From Octopus vulgaris (taxonomy: Eukaryota): a DNA stretch of 64,000 nt. Below the pieces are notes generated by a model. It was not told where the DNA came from, did not search any database, and saw nothing but the letters and a program-made list of their open reading frames with translations. Below, piece by piece: positions 11,231 through 23,892 of the stretch (its first letter is position 1; each line of letters opens with the position of its first letter). The stretch lies in the NCBI GenBank assembly GCA_951406725.2, contig OX597833.1:21762001-21826000 (forward strand), in the 5' to 3' direction. Position numbers and translations under genes: made by a program.

Positions 11231-13416
11231 TGAACTCGGAATGGTCAGAACGTAGCACCGGATACCTTGATGTCTTACACAAGAAAAGGACACATTGGAT
11301 AATGTAGTCCTAGCACTATGTAGTCGAAAAAAAGAATGGGGGTGATCATGACTAGAATGACCTTTGATCATAGATAGGTGAGTTCAATGCGTCAATTAGA
11401 GTTGACCTGGAGTGAAACAACAACAGAGACAAACGTTGTTGTTTTGACCTCACAACCAACCATTGATCTTCTTCAATTATTACGCAGAGAGAGAGAGAGA
11501 GAGACTAATCTAACACTATTGATAATATTGCGACCAATAATATTTACGTCAGGTGACAGCGAGGAGTGACAACCATACACACGCGCGCGCTAACAAATAC
11601 GCACACACACACACACACACACACAAATTACCTATTCGCCATAACGTAGTGCATTATCTATCCATCGTACAAACACACATTACATAGCTAACACAAATAC
11701 ACATTTATCTGTCATATGTATAATATGCACATTATCTAATCTTTCTCTGTCATCTCATCTTAATTTCTCCTCTAAACAGGATCCAATGCTCACACAAACA
11801 CGTTCACACACACGGCGGCGCGATCTAAGAAATGTGCTTCTACGTCAATCATGGACGCAAATGGCGACTCGAACGATTTCATGAAAAAAGGTTAACCAAG
11901 CTTGGTCTACGCGGTTACTCGACCTGCTCGGAATGGCAGCTAAATCTCCTTCGGATTACACTCTACTGTCTTAAAAACAACAACAACAAAAAAGGAGGAA
12001 GGACAAAGTAGTAGTCGCAGATATACTGTGTTTACACAGAGCAGAGAGTCGCGGCTGGGACGCCTTTGAAAATATGTCTGCTCACTCAATCACAGCTGAC
12101 GTAGGATAAAGCAATAACGTACACAAACACACGCGCCCACATACGCACGAACACACAAGAAACAGGGAGAAACGGAAAGGAAGGGAGACAATTACACATT
12201 TTCCAGTTTGACCACCATCGCCACCGCGTTCAATCCAACCAACATTGTAAATAACTCCATCGTGATCAATAGTCTTCTCTCTCTCTCTCGCTCTTCCGAT
12301 TAACAAACATACTATTATAGTAAGCCTCTGACGCTGACGCAAACATCCATATTACACACCTGTCGTCTGTATGGATTGAAAATCCGACAAAGCTCTTCAA
12401 ATAATCTTTACATAATCAACACGGTTTGTTGTTATTCAGGCTAAAAGTATAGGTATTTTGTAAATAACTCCCATGTTCGTCTACCTTCATAGGTCGCCAT
12501 GTTGTTAAATAAAGACTTTTGTGTTTGGTGACGAGGTCAACATTTAGAACGTTACAGAGAAAAATTGCCTTACATTTATGGCCGCGGGGGAAATCAGTGT
12601 AGTTGGCCCTTATAGTATTTACTTATTAACAGCAAGCCATCACATACATAGATCAGATCTGGGCCCCTAGATTCGTGAGGCCCTTGGGCAAATATCCTCT
12701 ATGCCTGGTGTTGTTTAAAGTCTTTGCTTAGTTTCTCCCCAGCCCACCCCCGCTCTCTCTCTCTTTCTCTGAGCGCGCTGAGTTCAGATCCTACCGAACT
12801 GCCGAAGTCAACTTTATCTTTAATCCTTTCAGGGTCCTGATATAAAGTACTAAAGGCGAGTGGCCTAGTTATCAGGATGCTGTGCCCACGAACTTATGAT
12901 CGCGGTTTCGATTCTCGGACCAGAGAATGCGTTGTGTTCTTCAGCAAAAGACTTCATTTCATATTGCTCAAGTTCAATCAACTGCAAATGAGCTCCAACA
13001 ATAGCTGGTAAATTAACTCATCTTATGAGTACTAGGGCTCATGACAAACCTAAGCCAAGAAAAAATACAATCTACAACTGGGGTCAATTCTCTCTCTCTC
13101 TCTCTCTCTCTTAAAGAAGTTAGTTGAGTTCAGACTTGGAGAGAAATGGATTTCATCGAGAGTTAAACCATTTGGTAAACCATTTGGAATTGACAATATT
13201 ATGGGTGTCCATGGGACGAGCCAGTAGAATCGGCTTATACCACCCACCCAGCAAAACTGCTGGCTTTACAAATGAGTCGCATTTCTAAAAGTTACAAATG
13301 CGACTCGAGGACTCAGAGTTTCGTACGCGGCACTTAACGAAAATATCAGTGCATCAGTCACTTCTGTAACTTTCTCTAATAATTAAAAATAAAACAAAAT
13401 TGTGTGTGTGTGTGTA

Positions 13417-13611
13417 CACGAGGGGGTTCTGAAAAGTTCTTGGCATCGGGTAAAAGAAAATACAGGAGGATCAGTTAACTATGATTTTATTCAACATGTT
13501 CCCCTCTCAGATTCACGCACTTATTGCAGCGGTCCTTCAGTTTACCCAAGCCCTGTAAACGAACACGGAAGGTTGGACCTCCAACAAAGCCTTTCGCGAT
13601 ACCCTTAAAGC
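13417..13611 (+). mobile_element. Mariner-derived MITE
   Basis: Starts CGAGGGGGTTCTGAAAAGTTC. The matching inverted end GAACTTTTCAGCATCTCCTCG|TA is seen in the sister fragment 22397-22467. Confidence 0.7.
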
Positions 13612-13677
13612 TCGTGTGTGTGTGTGTGTGTAATCATAAAAAGACATAATACAGGAAAAACAATGGTTATGTTATGA

Positions 13678-13774
13678 ACTTCATTAGCTTACAACTGTTT
13701 CTGCTCCATAAGATGAAGCGGACTCGCAGTTGAGAGTCTGAATACCACACCATAACTTCATCGGAGCATGAAGT
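13678..13774 (-). ncRNA. Type I hammerhead-like motif (Penelope pLTR type), core CCGAUGA
   Basis: ACUUCAU-GCU / CCGAUGA / long stem II region / GAAA / CAGUUG / UA^ / AGC-UA-AUGAAGU. Stem I has 10 bp with a 2-nt bulge; the base of stem II is degenerate. Confidence 0.6.
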
Positions 13775-13901
13775 GTAATTTACTTGGGGAAAAAAGAATT
13801 ACATTTGTGCAATATACATGGAAGGCATTACCAGTGAGGAAGTCATTACTGGTATATTTAAAAAAGTGTATGTCCCCCAGACAACTAGATTTACTAGTAG
13901 A

Positions 13902-14030
13902 GTATGTATGTATGTATGTATGTATGTATGTATGTATGTATGTATGTATGTATGTATGTATGTATGTGTGTATGTGCGTGTGTGTATGCATGTATGTATG
14001 TATGTATATATTTATGTATGCATGTATATA
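13902..14030. repeat. (TATG)n microsatellite
   Basis: Direct tandem run. Confidence 0.95.
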
Positions 14031-14426
14031 TTCGTGCACAAAAACAATATTTTGCAGTTTTCTCATTTGTTTCCGCATGTCAAGTCCGGATTTCGTTTCT
14101 TTTTATTTTTTGTTTTTTTTTAGTACGATAATTAAATGAATAAAATAAATAAATAAGTAAATAAATAAACGAAAGCAATACGTTAATAGTTTAAGTTGCA
14201 CCATTTTATCTATGCATTTATTTATTTATTTATTTATTTTATCTAAATGCGTGCTAGGCCATCCATCTCGTTTGATACGGTCAGCAAACAGCTGAGATTG
14301 GAAGCTAACCAAAGCAAGATTAACTATTAGCTTTTTAATAAATAAATAAATAAATAAATACAGAAACAATAGCAACATCAACAAGAGCGAAAATACGTAA
14401 AAGAAAAATCCTCATGACCCTTCCCC

Positions 14427-14482
14427 TTAACTTCCGGCTCCTGTGTTGATTGTAGGTTTGCCGTTCAATTCAGAGTTTGTAT
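14427..14482 (-). CDS. Candidate terminal coding exon of an unknown gene
   Basis: Unique sequence. A long polypyrimidine tract and ttctccag acceptor precede xTNSELNGKPTINTGAGS*; AATAAA motifs lie downstream on minus (about 14215-14240). No homology recognised. Confidence 0.3.
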
Positions 14483-15406
14483 CTGGAGAATGCAACAGTA
14501 GTAGTGAAAAGAAGAAGGAAAAAAAAAAGAAAGAAAAAAAGGCCAAGCGAACAAAATCATTCATTTAAGAGCCACTCTATACTCCTATTTCCTCTGCACT
14601 TCTGTGCAACGAGAAATTTCCTCGGCTTTCAGACTGATTCTCACGCAACCGGAAATGTCTTGTTTGGTGACGTTAGGCGGATGGGGAGATAAATCACGTA
14701 GAGAACAGGACGCTACGCTAGTCTGCCGCATTCAACTTTACTAACCACGAGACTTTTGTTTCTGCCCGCCTTCACAAGACAGCCGCTACCGCGAGCGTAC
14801 AAAAATATGCAGGACAGAATTTCTTTTCACGTTGCTCCAAGTTCACTCAACTGACAAAAATGAGTCGTTCTGCAACGGAATAACCTTCTGATCAGGGCTA
14901 TATGTTGGCTTGCTCGCCTAACCAGCGATGTGGGCATCATTCGAAAGCTAACACGACGCAAAGCACATTGTGATCAGCGATGTATAACAACATCCGATAG
15001 TATGGACGATATATGTGTAAAGTTAAAATCCAAGGATCAAGGTGTAGAAAGTTCATGAGCTTCAAGAAATCCGTTGAAGATAAAGAAAAGAATTTCAGGA
15101 ACAATAATAGTTTATTGGCACAGAAAGATGTGAATTTTTGCCGTATTGCAGTATGATATGCTGAAAAAAAGTTTTATAGTTCACAGTTAGCAACAGGGAT
15201 TACATGCGAATAAATATCAAAAAATTCTTGAACGAAGTAGATAAAATCCAGGCTACATATGTATCATAGCTAGCGAAACCTCGGAAGTAGTAAATTATCC
15301 AAACGAGGGGTAGACTGCAAGTTTCGAGTTTTTAAAAATCTTGTCAATGGGATGTACCTAAGAGAGGCAACTCTGAAAATACTTATAGAGAAATAGCCAT
15401 GCGTGT

Positions 15407-15470
<64 letters not shown>

Positions 15471-15948
15471 GATATGCTTTCAGTTTCCGTCTACCAAATT
15501 TATTCACAAGGCATTAGGCGGGCTGAACCCTAAACCAAGTGGCTGCTGCAAAGCGAGCTTCTTCTTAACTGCAAAGCTATGACTGCGCCTTCACAGCCAC
15601 GAATTTGAAGCTCTGCGACAATGTTGAACAAACAATTCAACGATAGCATATTGCTAGCATGTGAATGAAACCTGTCGATGAGATATTTATTCTTATCATC
15701 GCTGAGAATCCGGTGAAACCCAATGAATGTAGACAAATAATGGTTTAACTTGAATATATTCAAAACAGATTTTATGTGAAAATAAATGCGTCTCTTCCAA
15801 AATCACGTTTCGTTTATTCACATTATAATTCCTTCCAACACAGACGAAATATGTCAAATATAGACGGGTTTTGTGTGATATGTGTGAGTCTATTCATAAA
15901 TATTGTTCATATGCATACAGATGCACACGCATCTTTATTTGCATATAG

Positions 15949-15997
<49 letters not shown>

Positions 15998-15998
15998 T

Positions 15999-16310
15999 GG
16001 AGGCGCAATGGCCCAGTGGTTAGAGCAGAGGACTCGCGGTCGGAGGATCGCGGTTTCGATTCCCAGACCGGGCGTGGTGTGTGTTTATTGAGCGAAAACA
16101 CATAAAAGCTCCACGAGGCTCGGGCAGGGGTTGGTGGCGACCCCTGTACTCTTTCGCCACAACTTTCTCTCACTCTCTCTTCCTGTTTCTTGAGTAACGC
16201 TGCGATGGACTGGCGTCCCGTTCAGCTGGGGGGGGGGGGGAACACATACGCCACAGAAACCGGGAAACAGGGCCCATGAGCCTGGCTAGGCTTGAAAAGG
16301 GCGACGTTTA
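15999..16310 (+). mobile_element. tRNA-derived SINE family C, alternative 3' module
   Basis: A-box TGGCCCAGTGG and B-box GTTTCGATTCC. Shares about 190 nt with 45334-45714, then diverges into a GCGATGGACTGGCGTCCC tail. Confidence 0.9.
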
Positions 16311-16314
16311 TCGT

Positions 16315-16448
<134 letters not shown>

Positions 16449-16461
16449 ACAATCATCTGAA

Positions 16462-17424
16462 ATGGAACAGTCAAAGCGCGATATTCGAGTAATTTCAACT
16501 TAAAAAAAACAGGACGCAAAGCAGCTGAAACTGTATGTGATATCAACGGAACGTTTGGTGAGGAAACGGCCAGTGTGTGGTCAGCTCGAAAATGGTTTAA
16601 ACGATTTCGCAGTGGAGACCTGAGCGTTGACGATCGTGGGTGTAGTGGACGCCCATCTGTCATCGATGACGGTGAATTAAAGACCATCATTGAGAAAGAT
16701 CCACATAAAACAACTCGAGAACTGGCAAAAGAACTTCAAGCTAGCCAGAAAACTGCGATCGGAAAATCAAGAATGCTCGACAAATGGGTACCATACGATC
16801 TGAATGAAAATGAGAAAATGCGGAGATATGAAATTTGTTCGTTGCTTCTCCATAACCAGATCGATCGATCCATTACTCGACTGTATTGTAACTTGCGATG
16901 AAAAGTGGATTCTGTACAATAATGAAAAAACGATCTTCGCAGTGGTTGGGACCAAAATGAAGCTCCAAAAACCTTCCCTAAACTCGAGTTCTTCAAAAAG
17001 AAGGTTATGGTGACTGTTTGGTGGTGTACTGCTGCACCCATTCACTATAACATCTTGAAACATATTGCCATGAAATTGCCGAAATGAACGAAAAACTGCT
17101 ACTTCTTTGTCCCAGACTGGTCAACAGAAGAGGGCTAATCATTCTTCATGACAATGCTTGACCGCACGTTTCACTAATGACGCTCCAGAAGTTCTTCCCC
17201 ACCCAGCTTATTTCCTACAATTTTCTCCTATCGACTACTACTTTTTCAAGCATCTCGATGGTTTCCTGTGAGAGAAGGAGTTCAAAAATCAAACCGATGC
17301 TGAAAGTGCATTCAAAGAGTTCATCAGCTCCAGAACTCCAGATTTTTATGTTACCGGAATAAACAGACTTGTAACTCATTGGCACAAATGTGTTGATTGT
17401 AATGGTACTTACTTTGATGAATAA
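16462..17424 (+). pseudogene. Decayed mariner transposase (Hsmar1/cecropia-like)
   Basis: Across frameshifts: GRKAAET, WFKRFRSGD..RxSGRP, TTRELA, DKWVPYDL, IVTCDEKW, KVMVTVWW, LHDNA*PH, SPIDYYFF, KCVDCNGTYFDE*. Contains stops and deletions; a decayed right TIR lies at about 17470-17500. Confidence 0.95.
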
Positions 17425-17653
17425 AATTTCCGCATTGTTGAAATATATTGTGATGAATTTCATGTTTCTAAACGTTGTTACTTTTTATCGTACCTCGATA
17501 CCAAAAAAAAAATCCACAACCTTCCGCTTCAATAAACTAATATTGTTCCTAAAAGTTGTTTTTTATATTTACTACGGATTGCCTGAAGTTAACTTTCTTC
17601 CTACACTGCGATCGTTGGATCTTTTATATATATATAATTGTTCATGTTTGGAT

Positions 17654-17687
<34 letters not shown>

Positions 17688-17689
<2 letters not shown>

Positions 17690-18423
17690 TCAACTACGGT
17701 AGTAGTTGAATAATATTCTTAAGGCCGCAATTTACTCACACGCAACATCTTTCAGAGATTGTCGCTAATTCAATTCTTAACTAAGTGGAACACTGTTAAC
17801 GTTTTTGAAGAGGGCTGGTCCCTAGCTACATTTTAACATTAAAAAATTGTGATTTGGTCCAATAGAAAAAAGTTTACACTGAAATTTGTTGCAACGTTAT
17901 AGGAGAGTAAGTAACACCACCAATCAAGTTTAGATCTAAATAAAATTTTTATTTTAAAAGCAAAATATATTTATCTTAGCTTCAATGATAGAAGAAAGAA
18001 TGAAGCATTTCATAGTTTTGGTCTCACGCAACAAAAATTTGTATCAAAAAAGTTGTGAGGTAAAATACCACGAAAAAATATAAGGCAAAAAATTAGGTAA
18101 ATTTCTGTATTAACACCCGCACGATTTTCACTAAGAAAAAGAAGAAGAAAAACTAGGATTCTTTGTGTGGAATCAAGTACCCTGACCTCCTAATATGCAG
18201 CAGATCCCTTATTTTGGTTCGCAAGGGGGGGGGGAGGATCAATGGATGGGGTGGGGTGAAATTTCCGAGGCTTCCACCACACCCAACTCTGTTTTCCGGA
18301 CTCCAAAAAGGGTTTTGTAGTATATTAGGAGGTCACAGGAATTCATTCAACGAAAAAGAAAAAAAAAAATTCCAATGATTCCGGGATTAACCGACCGAGT
18401 GCCACGGTTGGTTAGGCTTGTTA
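17688..18423 (+). mobile_element. Probable Helitron/Helentron-type non-autonomous element
   Basis: 5' hairpin TTCAACTAC-GGTA-GTAGTTGAA; 3' hairpin AACCGACCG-N7-CGGTTGGTT, then CTTG|TT. Confidence 0.5.
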
Positions 18424-18650
18424 CTATATACGTCGTCAGAGTACGATTTCTTCTGCAGTTCATAAAAAGTGTTTTTTTTATCTTGAAAATATTCTTTATG
18501 TTAGAATTAGTTTCTTAATTAATTCAAATTAATTAAGAATATATTTTTAAGATGAATTATCTCATTATATTTTTTGCGCGTTTCCATCTAATAATTATAT
18601 ATTAACACAAAACAAGCACTCAATTTTTTAATAATAAATATCGCTGGCAT

Positions 18651-19240
18651 GCTTTATTCTTAATGTTACTCATTATTGGTGGGGTAGAATTGAATCCGGG
18701 GATTGGGATAAATAAAAAAGGATAATAGAGGTGGGGTAATCAATTGGATGAAGAACAGAAAACATGATAAAGTTTCAAACTAAATATAGAAGAAAGAATT
18801 GATACATTATTAATTAGCATAATAGTATAGTCTGGAAAAAACATGGATTACATGGAAAAATGCGAGCAAGAGAAATATTCTTAAAACTTATGAACTTTGA
18901 AAAGTACAGGACAAGTTGGAAAAGTTCAAGATAACATTTTATATCTGATAGAATACAGAAAAAGAAATTTTTTACTTAAAATATTGCAGCTAAGGATAAA
19001 ACTTGAATATTAAGAATCATTTGTCTTCAATTAACAAAGTAATATTATAATTAAAAAAAGGTACATCATTTTGGAAAAAATATTGACACACTAGAATACT
19101 TAAAAAATGAGACCCAGAAGTACCAATATAGCTAAAGTTTTATACAAAATAGAAAAGGAGAATAGTATATATGGTAGGCAAATTCATTATGTAAAAAATA
19201 GGCATTGGGTCAAGACTAAAAATGTGAAGACTTGGCAATA
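18651..19240 (+). pseudogene. Possible decayed LINE ORF1 relic with a 2A-like motif
   Basis: 18651-18704 translates ALFLMLLIIGGVELNPGI. It is followed by broken K/E-rich sequence and LKKGTSFW, reminiscent of ORF1. Confidence 0.3.
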
Positions 19241-19689
19241 ACTTAAGCAATAACTCAAGTAAATTTTATTGTAAATTTGTTGGTATAGGTAGATTTTACT
19301 GTAATATATAACTAATTTTTGTATTATTCTACTTATTGTATTAACTAATTACGTACTACTATTATTTTTTATAATATATTTTCAACTTTCTAATTATTCA
19401 TTAATAATTAAAAAATGAATTTTTTTAAAGTGCAAAACGTATTTTAATTTAGTTATTTATTATCTTTAATAGAAGTAACAAGTAATAACAAATAGAAATA
19501 ATATCTTGTAATAAAATCTTTAGTTTTAATAAAAGCTAATATTTTCTAAATCTAAATATTTTATTTGAAATTTTATCCTTAGCTGCAATATTTTAAGTAA
19601 AAATTTTCTTACCAGCCGTAATAAGTCGTCCTGTATATTCCACGTTTATAAATTTAAGACTATTATTTCTCTTGCTCGTATTTTCCATG

Positions 19690-19693
<4 letters not shown>
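18847..19693. repeat. AT-rich segment bounded by 130-160-bp inverted repeats
   Basis: 18847-19009 is the imperfect reverse complement of 19562-19693 (e.g. TTACTTAAAATATTGCAGCTAAGGATAAAA). Confidence 0.8.
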
Positions 19694-19729
<36 letters not shown>

Positions 19730-19733
<4 letters not shown>

Positions 19734-19950
19734 TTTTACTTGTTGCAGTCATTTGACTGCGGCCATGCTGGAGCCCCGCCTTAAAGGGTGTTAGTCGAAG
19801 AAATCGCCCTAGGACATATTCTTTGTAAGCCTAGTACTTGTTCTGTCGCACTCTTTTGCCGAACCGTTAAGTTTCGGGGACATAAACACACCAGTATCGG
19901 TTGTTAAGCGATGGCGGGGAGGTGTGGAAACACACAGATACAAATGTATA
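19730..19950 (-). mobile_element. SINE A, 3' half
   Basis: Family A body and tail. Confidence 0.88.
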
Positions 19951-19964
19951 CATATATATGTACA

Positions 19965-20110
19965 CATTCTTTATTTTCTCTCCATGTTTCTTTCTGTGGA
20001 AGAGTGTAGGCTCGAAACGTTAAACACTTTTTCACTTCCCGAGCGTTATACTAATGTATCTGTTTGTTGTCTACATCACCTGTCTTCATCTTTTTCTTTT
20101 TGTGAATTCT

Positions 20111-20115
<5 letters not shown>
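19965..20115 (+). mobile_element. Penelope-like terminal fragment, hammerhead variant CUGUNGA
   Basis: UUU-CUGUGGA-A-GAGU(GUAG)GCUC-GAAA-CG-UU-AAA at 19991-20024. Relatives on minus at 42035-42125 and 46085-46270. Confidence 0.6.
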
Positions 20116-20164
<49 letters not shown>

Positions 20165-20260
20165 TAAGATGGCGATTCTGAGAATTGCGTGGCTATCACA
20201 GAAAATTCCTCTTACGGACTTGGCTAACAGCACATAGTAATCCAGCAGACACACATGTAT

Positions 20261-20422
20261 AGGCGCCGGTGTGGCTGCATGGTAAGCAGTTTGTTTCCTA
20301 ACGACATGATTCTGTGTTCTGTCCCACTACATGCTACCTTGGGTAAACGTCATCTACTATAGCCCTGGACCGACCAAAGCTTTGTAAGTGGATTTGGCAG
20401 ACGGAAACTGAAAGAAGCCCGC

Positions 20423-20455
<33 letters not shown>

Positions 20456-20548
20456 CTGTCCCTCACCACTGCTTGACAACTGGTGTTGGTTTGTTAATAC
20501 CATTCAGCAAAAGAGCCGAATAGAATAAACACCAGGCTTTGCTTTGAC
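20261..20548 (+). mobile_element. SINE A, diverged
   Basis: Head AGGCGCCGGTGTGGCTGCATGGTAAG and family A body. Confidence 0.85.
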
Positions 20549-20584
20549 TAAAAACTCTTCAGAAAAAAAAACAGGAGAGAGAGG

Positions 20585-20618
<34 letters not shown>

Positions 20619-21627
20619 AAAGCAGCCCAGTTGGTGCTGTAACAATCCCAGAAATCAACCGCCTTGAATTAATACTTTTTTTTTTAATTGACCTTGAAAA
20701 GATGGAGGCAAAGCTGATCTCAACGGGATTTGATCTCGGAAATATGTGAGTCGTCAGACAAATACTGCGAGACATTTAGTCCAACGCCCTAACACTATCG
20801 CCTTTGCCAATTCACCATTTGCCGTGTTAATGCAATGCAATACCGATGACTTGATAATGAACCGCCAAACCTTCAGTCAGTCTTTCAGCTGCAACTGGAA
20901 GAAGGGGCTAGAATGACACTGATCTATACTCGCCTCCCTAACCTATTATAAAACACAGAACCTCCCTCCCTCTTTCTGTCCCTGTACCTCTGCTCTAATG
21001 TGACTTAGCCCATACTCGGCACTTCTCGGCTCCTTTCATATTCATGGCTGCTTAATTCACTTGTAAATTCTTTTGTCAACTAGTTAACCTATTCACAGAC
21101 CACATCTGCTGGCAATGTTTGTGTTAAAAAAGGCTTCTCACATGTAAACTATTTGAACTGTAAATTCTATTGTCAATTCAGATTAACCCTTTTATATTTC
21201 ATATTTGTTAGAAAGCAATTGTAACGGCTACTTACACATACTATTTTCACTTTACAAATCTAATTCACTGACCACATCTGCTGATACGAATTGTATAATG
21301 ACTATGCTATATCACTATTCAAATTTGTCGAGTCGACTCGATTCAACAGAAAGCTCTCGGGAACATTCCTGATGATGATGCAGAAAACTGCTATGCTACA
21401 AACGTAAAGACAAGCAAAAACAAAAGCCACGAACCACAATGGTGGTTGACTGCACTTGAAGCGATCTTACAAAATGCACGCAAAGCAAGTAATGGCTGAT
21501 GATCCAAACTACACGGTTATGCTGAAAGATGACGACACTGCAATAAAATAAATCCCAATCGCACGTATACGTACATTCCCCATCCAGACATGTCGCCAAA
21601 ACGTCGTTCAGACCATACAGAAGCTTC

Positions 21628-22034
21628 GGATCTTTTCGGTTTGAACGGCAGTTTTTTCTAGCGGTGTCATATGAAATTGTCACCCATAATTATGACCCTA
21701 GTATCGATCTATTGCATTTCAATCTGTTTTAGGGTTAGAGGTGGGGGGAAGGGTATCTTTTTTCTTCAGAAATGTAAATAAACCCAATCTGTTTCTTAAA
21801 CGAGGGACATATTCATACGGCACAGAATGTTTTCAACTCAATAGACATCATTGATTGGTTGAAATTGCAGAAATTGAAGAAAAAAACCAAATATCTTACA
21901 AACCATAGAATTTTTTCAATAAAGCCAAGAGAAAAAGATGTTTTATAAACATATTCTACCAGTATACGAAATTTAAAAGTGTTTAGTTACGTGGAAATCA
22001 TTTTAAAAAACTGCCGTTCAAACCGAAATGATCC
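21628..22034 (+). mobile_element. MITE family T2 with internal TTAGGG
   Basis: TIR GGATCTTTTCGGTTTGAACGGCAGTTTT; degenerate 8-bp TSD GAAGCTTC/AAAGTTTC; homologous to 38543-38952. Confidence 0.9.
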
Positions 22035-22077
22035 AAAGTTTCCTTGCAGAATCCGGAATTATTTTCTCACAGAAGTG

Positions 22078-22290
22078 AAGGCCAGCTTGGCAGAACCGTT
22101 AACAACTTGGACAAAGTGCTTGGCGTCATTTCTTACTAACAGCTCTTTACGTTCTGAGTTCAAATCCTGCTGAGGTCAACTTTGCTTTTTTTCATCTTTT
22201 TAGGGGGTCGATAAAAAATAAAATAAGTACCAGTTGAACAGTGGGGTCGATATAATCGACTTAATACCTCCCTGAAATTTGAAACCAATA
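22078..22290 (+). mobile_element. SINE B, diverged
   Basis: Family B head and body. Confidence 0.8.
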
Positions 22291-22539
22291 TTAAAACCAA
22301 ACTTTCAAGAGTCTAATGTTCAATAAAACAGGCTGTCACTCCGATATGCAATGAACCATGACACAAATATCTAATTAGATTTCTCCTCAAGATCTCGGAG
22401 GGTTAGGCCTCCAACAAAGCCTTTCATGATGCTCTTAAAGCCAGGAACTTTTCAGCATCTCCTCGTATGTGTGTATGCGTGGTGTGTACGTACATATGTA
22501 TACATGTGTGTTTGTATGCATACACCTATATATATATAT

Positions 22540-22731
22540 AGTTAATCCAAACATGAAAATACAACGACGCGAGGACGTGGAACAAATATAGTGTTATTGG
22601 ACGCTCAGGAAGGAAAGGAAGGAGGGTTTAACGTTTCGAGCGGAGCTCTTCGTCGGAAACATAGGAAAAGGAAAGATCCAGAGAAGGGAAGACGGAGGAA
22701 AAAAATCACCAACGGTACACACGCGGTCACA
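22540..22731 (-). mobile_element. Short Penelope-like element (about 190 bp) with hammerhead core CCGACGA
   Basis: GUUU-CCGACGA-A-GAGC(UCC)GCUC-GAAA-CG-UU-AAAC at 22660-22626; flanked by (TA)n on both sides. Confidence 0.7.
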
Positions 22732-23257
22732 TTATATATATATATACATACATACATACATTCACACTTGACCAAGGTGCTGTACAGTGGGACTGAACCC
22801 AAGACACATGGCTGGGAAACAAGCTTCTTAATCACGCAGCCACGCCTGCGCCTCATTGCACGGGAAATCTCAGGCTATCAAAGTTACTTCAACTCGCTTC
22901 ATATTACACAGGTTGAGACTCTACCGTGTACATACTAAACATGCAGTGCACTCTCCTCAGGCATTCTCTCTCGGCGGCCATATTATCGGCATTCCATAGA
23001 AGCTGATCAAAGCCCTACCCACTGTTTTTGGCCTTCCTATATATCTTATTGCAGGTGGAGGGGCTGTGGATATCAGATTTACCGCCAAATAAACCCAGTC
23101 TTCATTGTGTGACCCTGTTTGTTCACTAATCTACTTCAGTCCTCCTACGTTTTCTTCTTTGCGTTAAACTGATACATAGGTATGGAACTAAATGCATTCT
23201 GATTGCGTGTGTCACAATGCGCTAGATTGGTTACCACGGGTACACTTTTGGGTAGGT

Positions 23258-23258
<1 letters not shown>

Positions 23259-23313
<55 letters not shown>

Positions 23314-23470
23314 GCACACAAGAGCAAATATTTTTTTTCAAATAACCCATAAAATACAGACAGTAATTGTTTGCAGTTGTAAAAGGTTAGTTTGTAAATG
23401 TAGTAACAGTTGTTGTTGCTGTCGTCGTCGTTGTTGTTGTTGTTAGTAGTAGTAGTAGTAGTAATAGTAA

Positions 23471-23502
<32 letters not shown>

Positions 23503-23635
23503 TAATAGAGTGTTGGTGACGGCTGGTTCAATAAGGTTTTGATCTATGAAAGGACCGTTGTTATTGTGTCAGCTACGGATGAGTCATACTACACACAGAA
23601 AAAAATGTTTTCTTTTTACTGTTTACTATTTACTA

Positions 23636-23680
<45 letters not shown>
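23259..23680. repeat. Microsatellite cluster (CA)n, (TTG)n, (TAG)n, (CTA)n, (CTG)n
   Basis: Direct tandem runs; source of the poly-T/A/L ORFs. Confidence 0.95.
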
Positions 23681-23892
23681 CGGCCGCCGCTGTCTCCCCT
23701 ACCGCCATTCCATCTCTTTCAACCGTCACTACACAACGAACAGCAGCTAATGAGACCCAAACTTGTATGAATTATTGCAGCGCAAGTTTCATGACTGCTC
23801 TGACCCTCTTGCCTGTCCTGTCTATCACATCTGATACACCGGACGTATTTCCGAAGCGTCCGTGCATCATAAAACGTCCATTTTTTTTTATC

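Noticed and set aside
18430-19690. Mitochondrial insertion (NUMT) suggested by extreme AT content
   Set aside because: No mitochondrial protein, rRNA or tRNA motifs recognised; the inverted repeats and 2A-like motif point to mobile DNA.
20843-20942. Minus-strand coding exon (ATAG acceptor)
   Set aside because: Stops in all frames before the candidate donor; no supporting homology.
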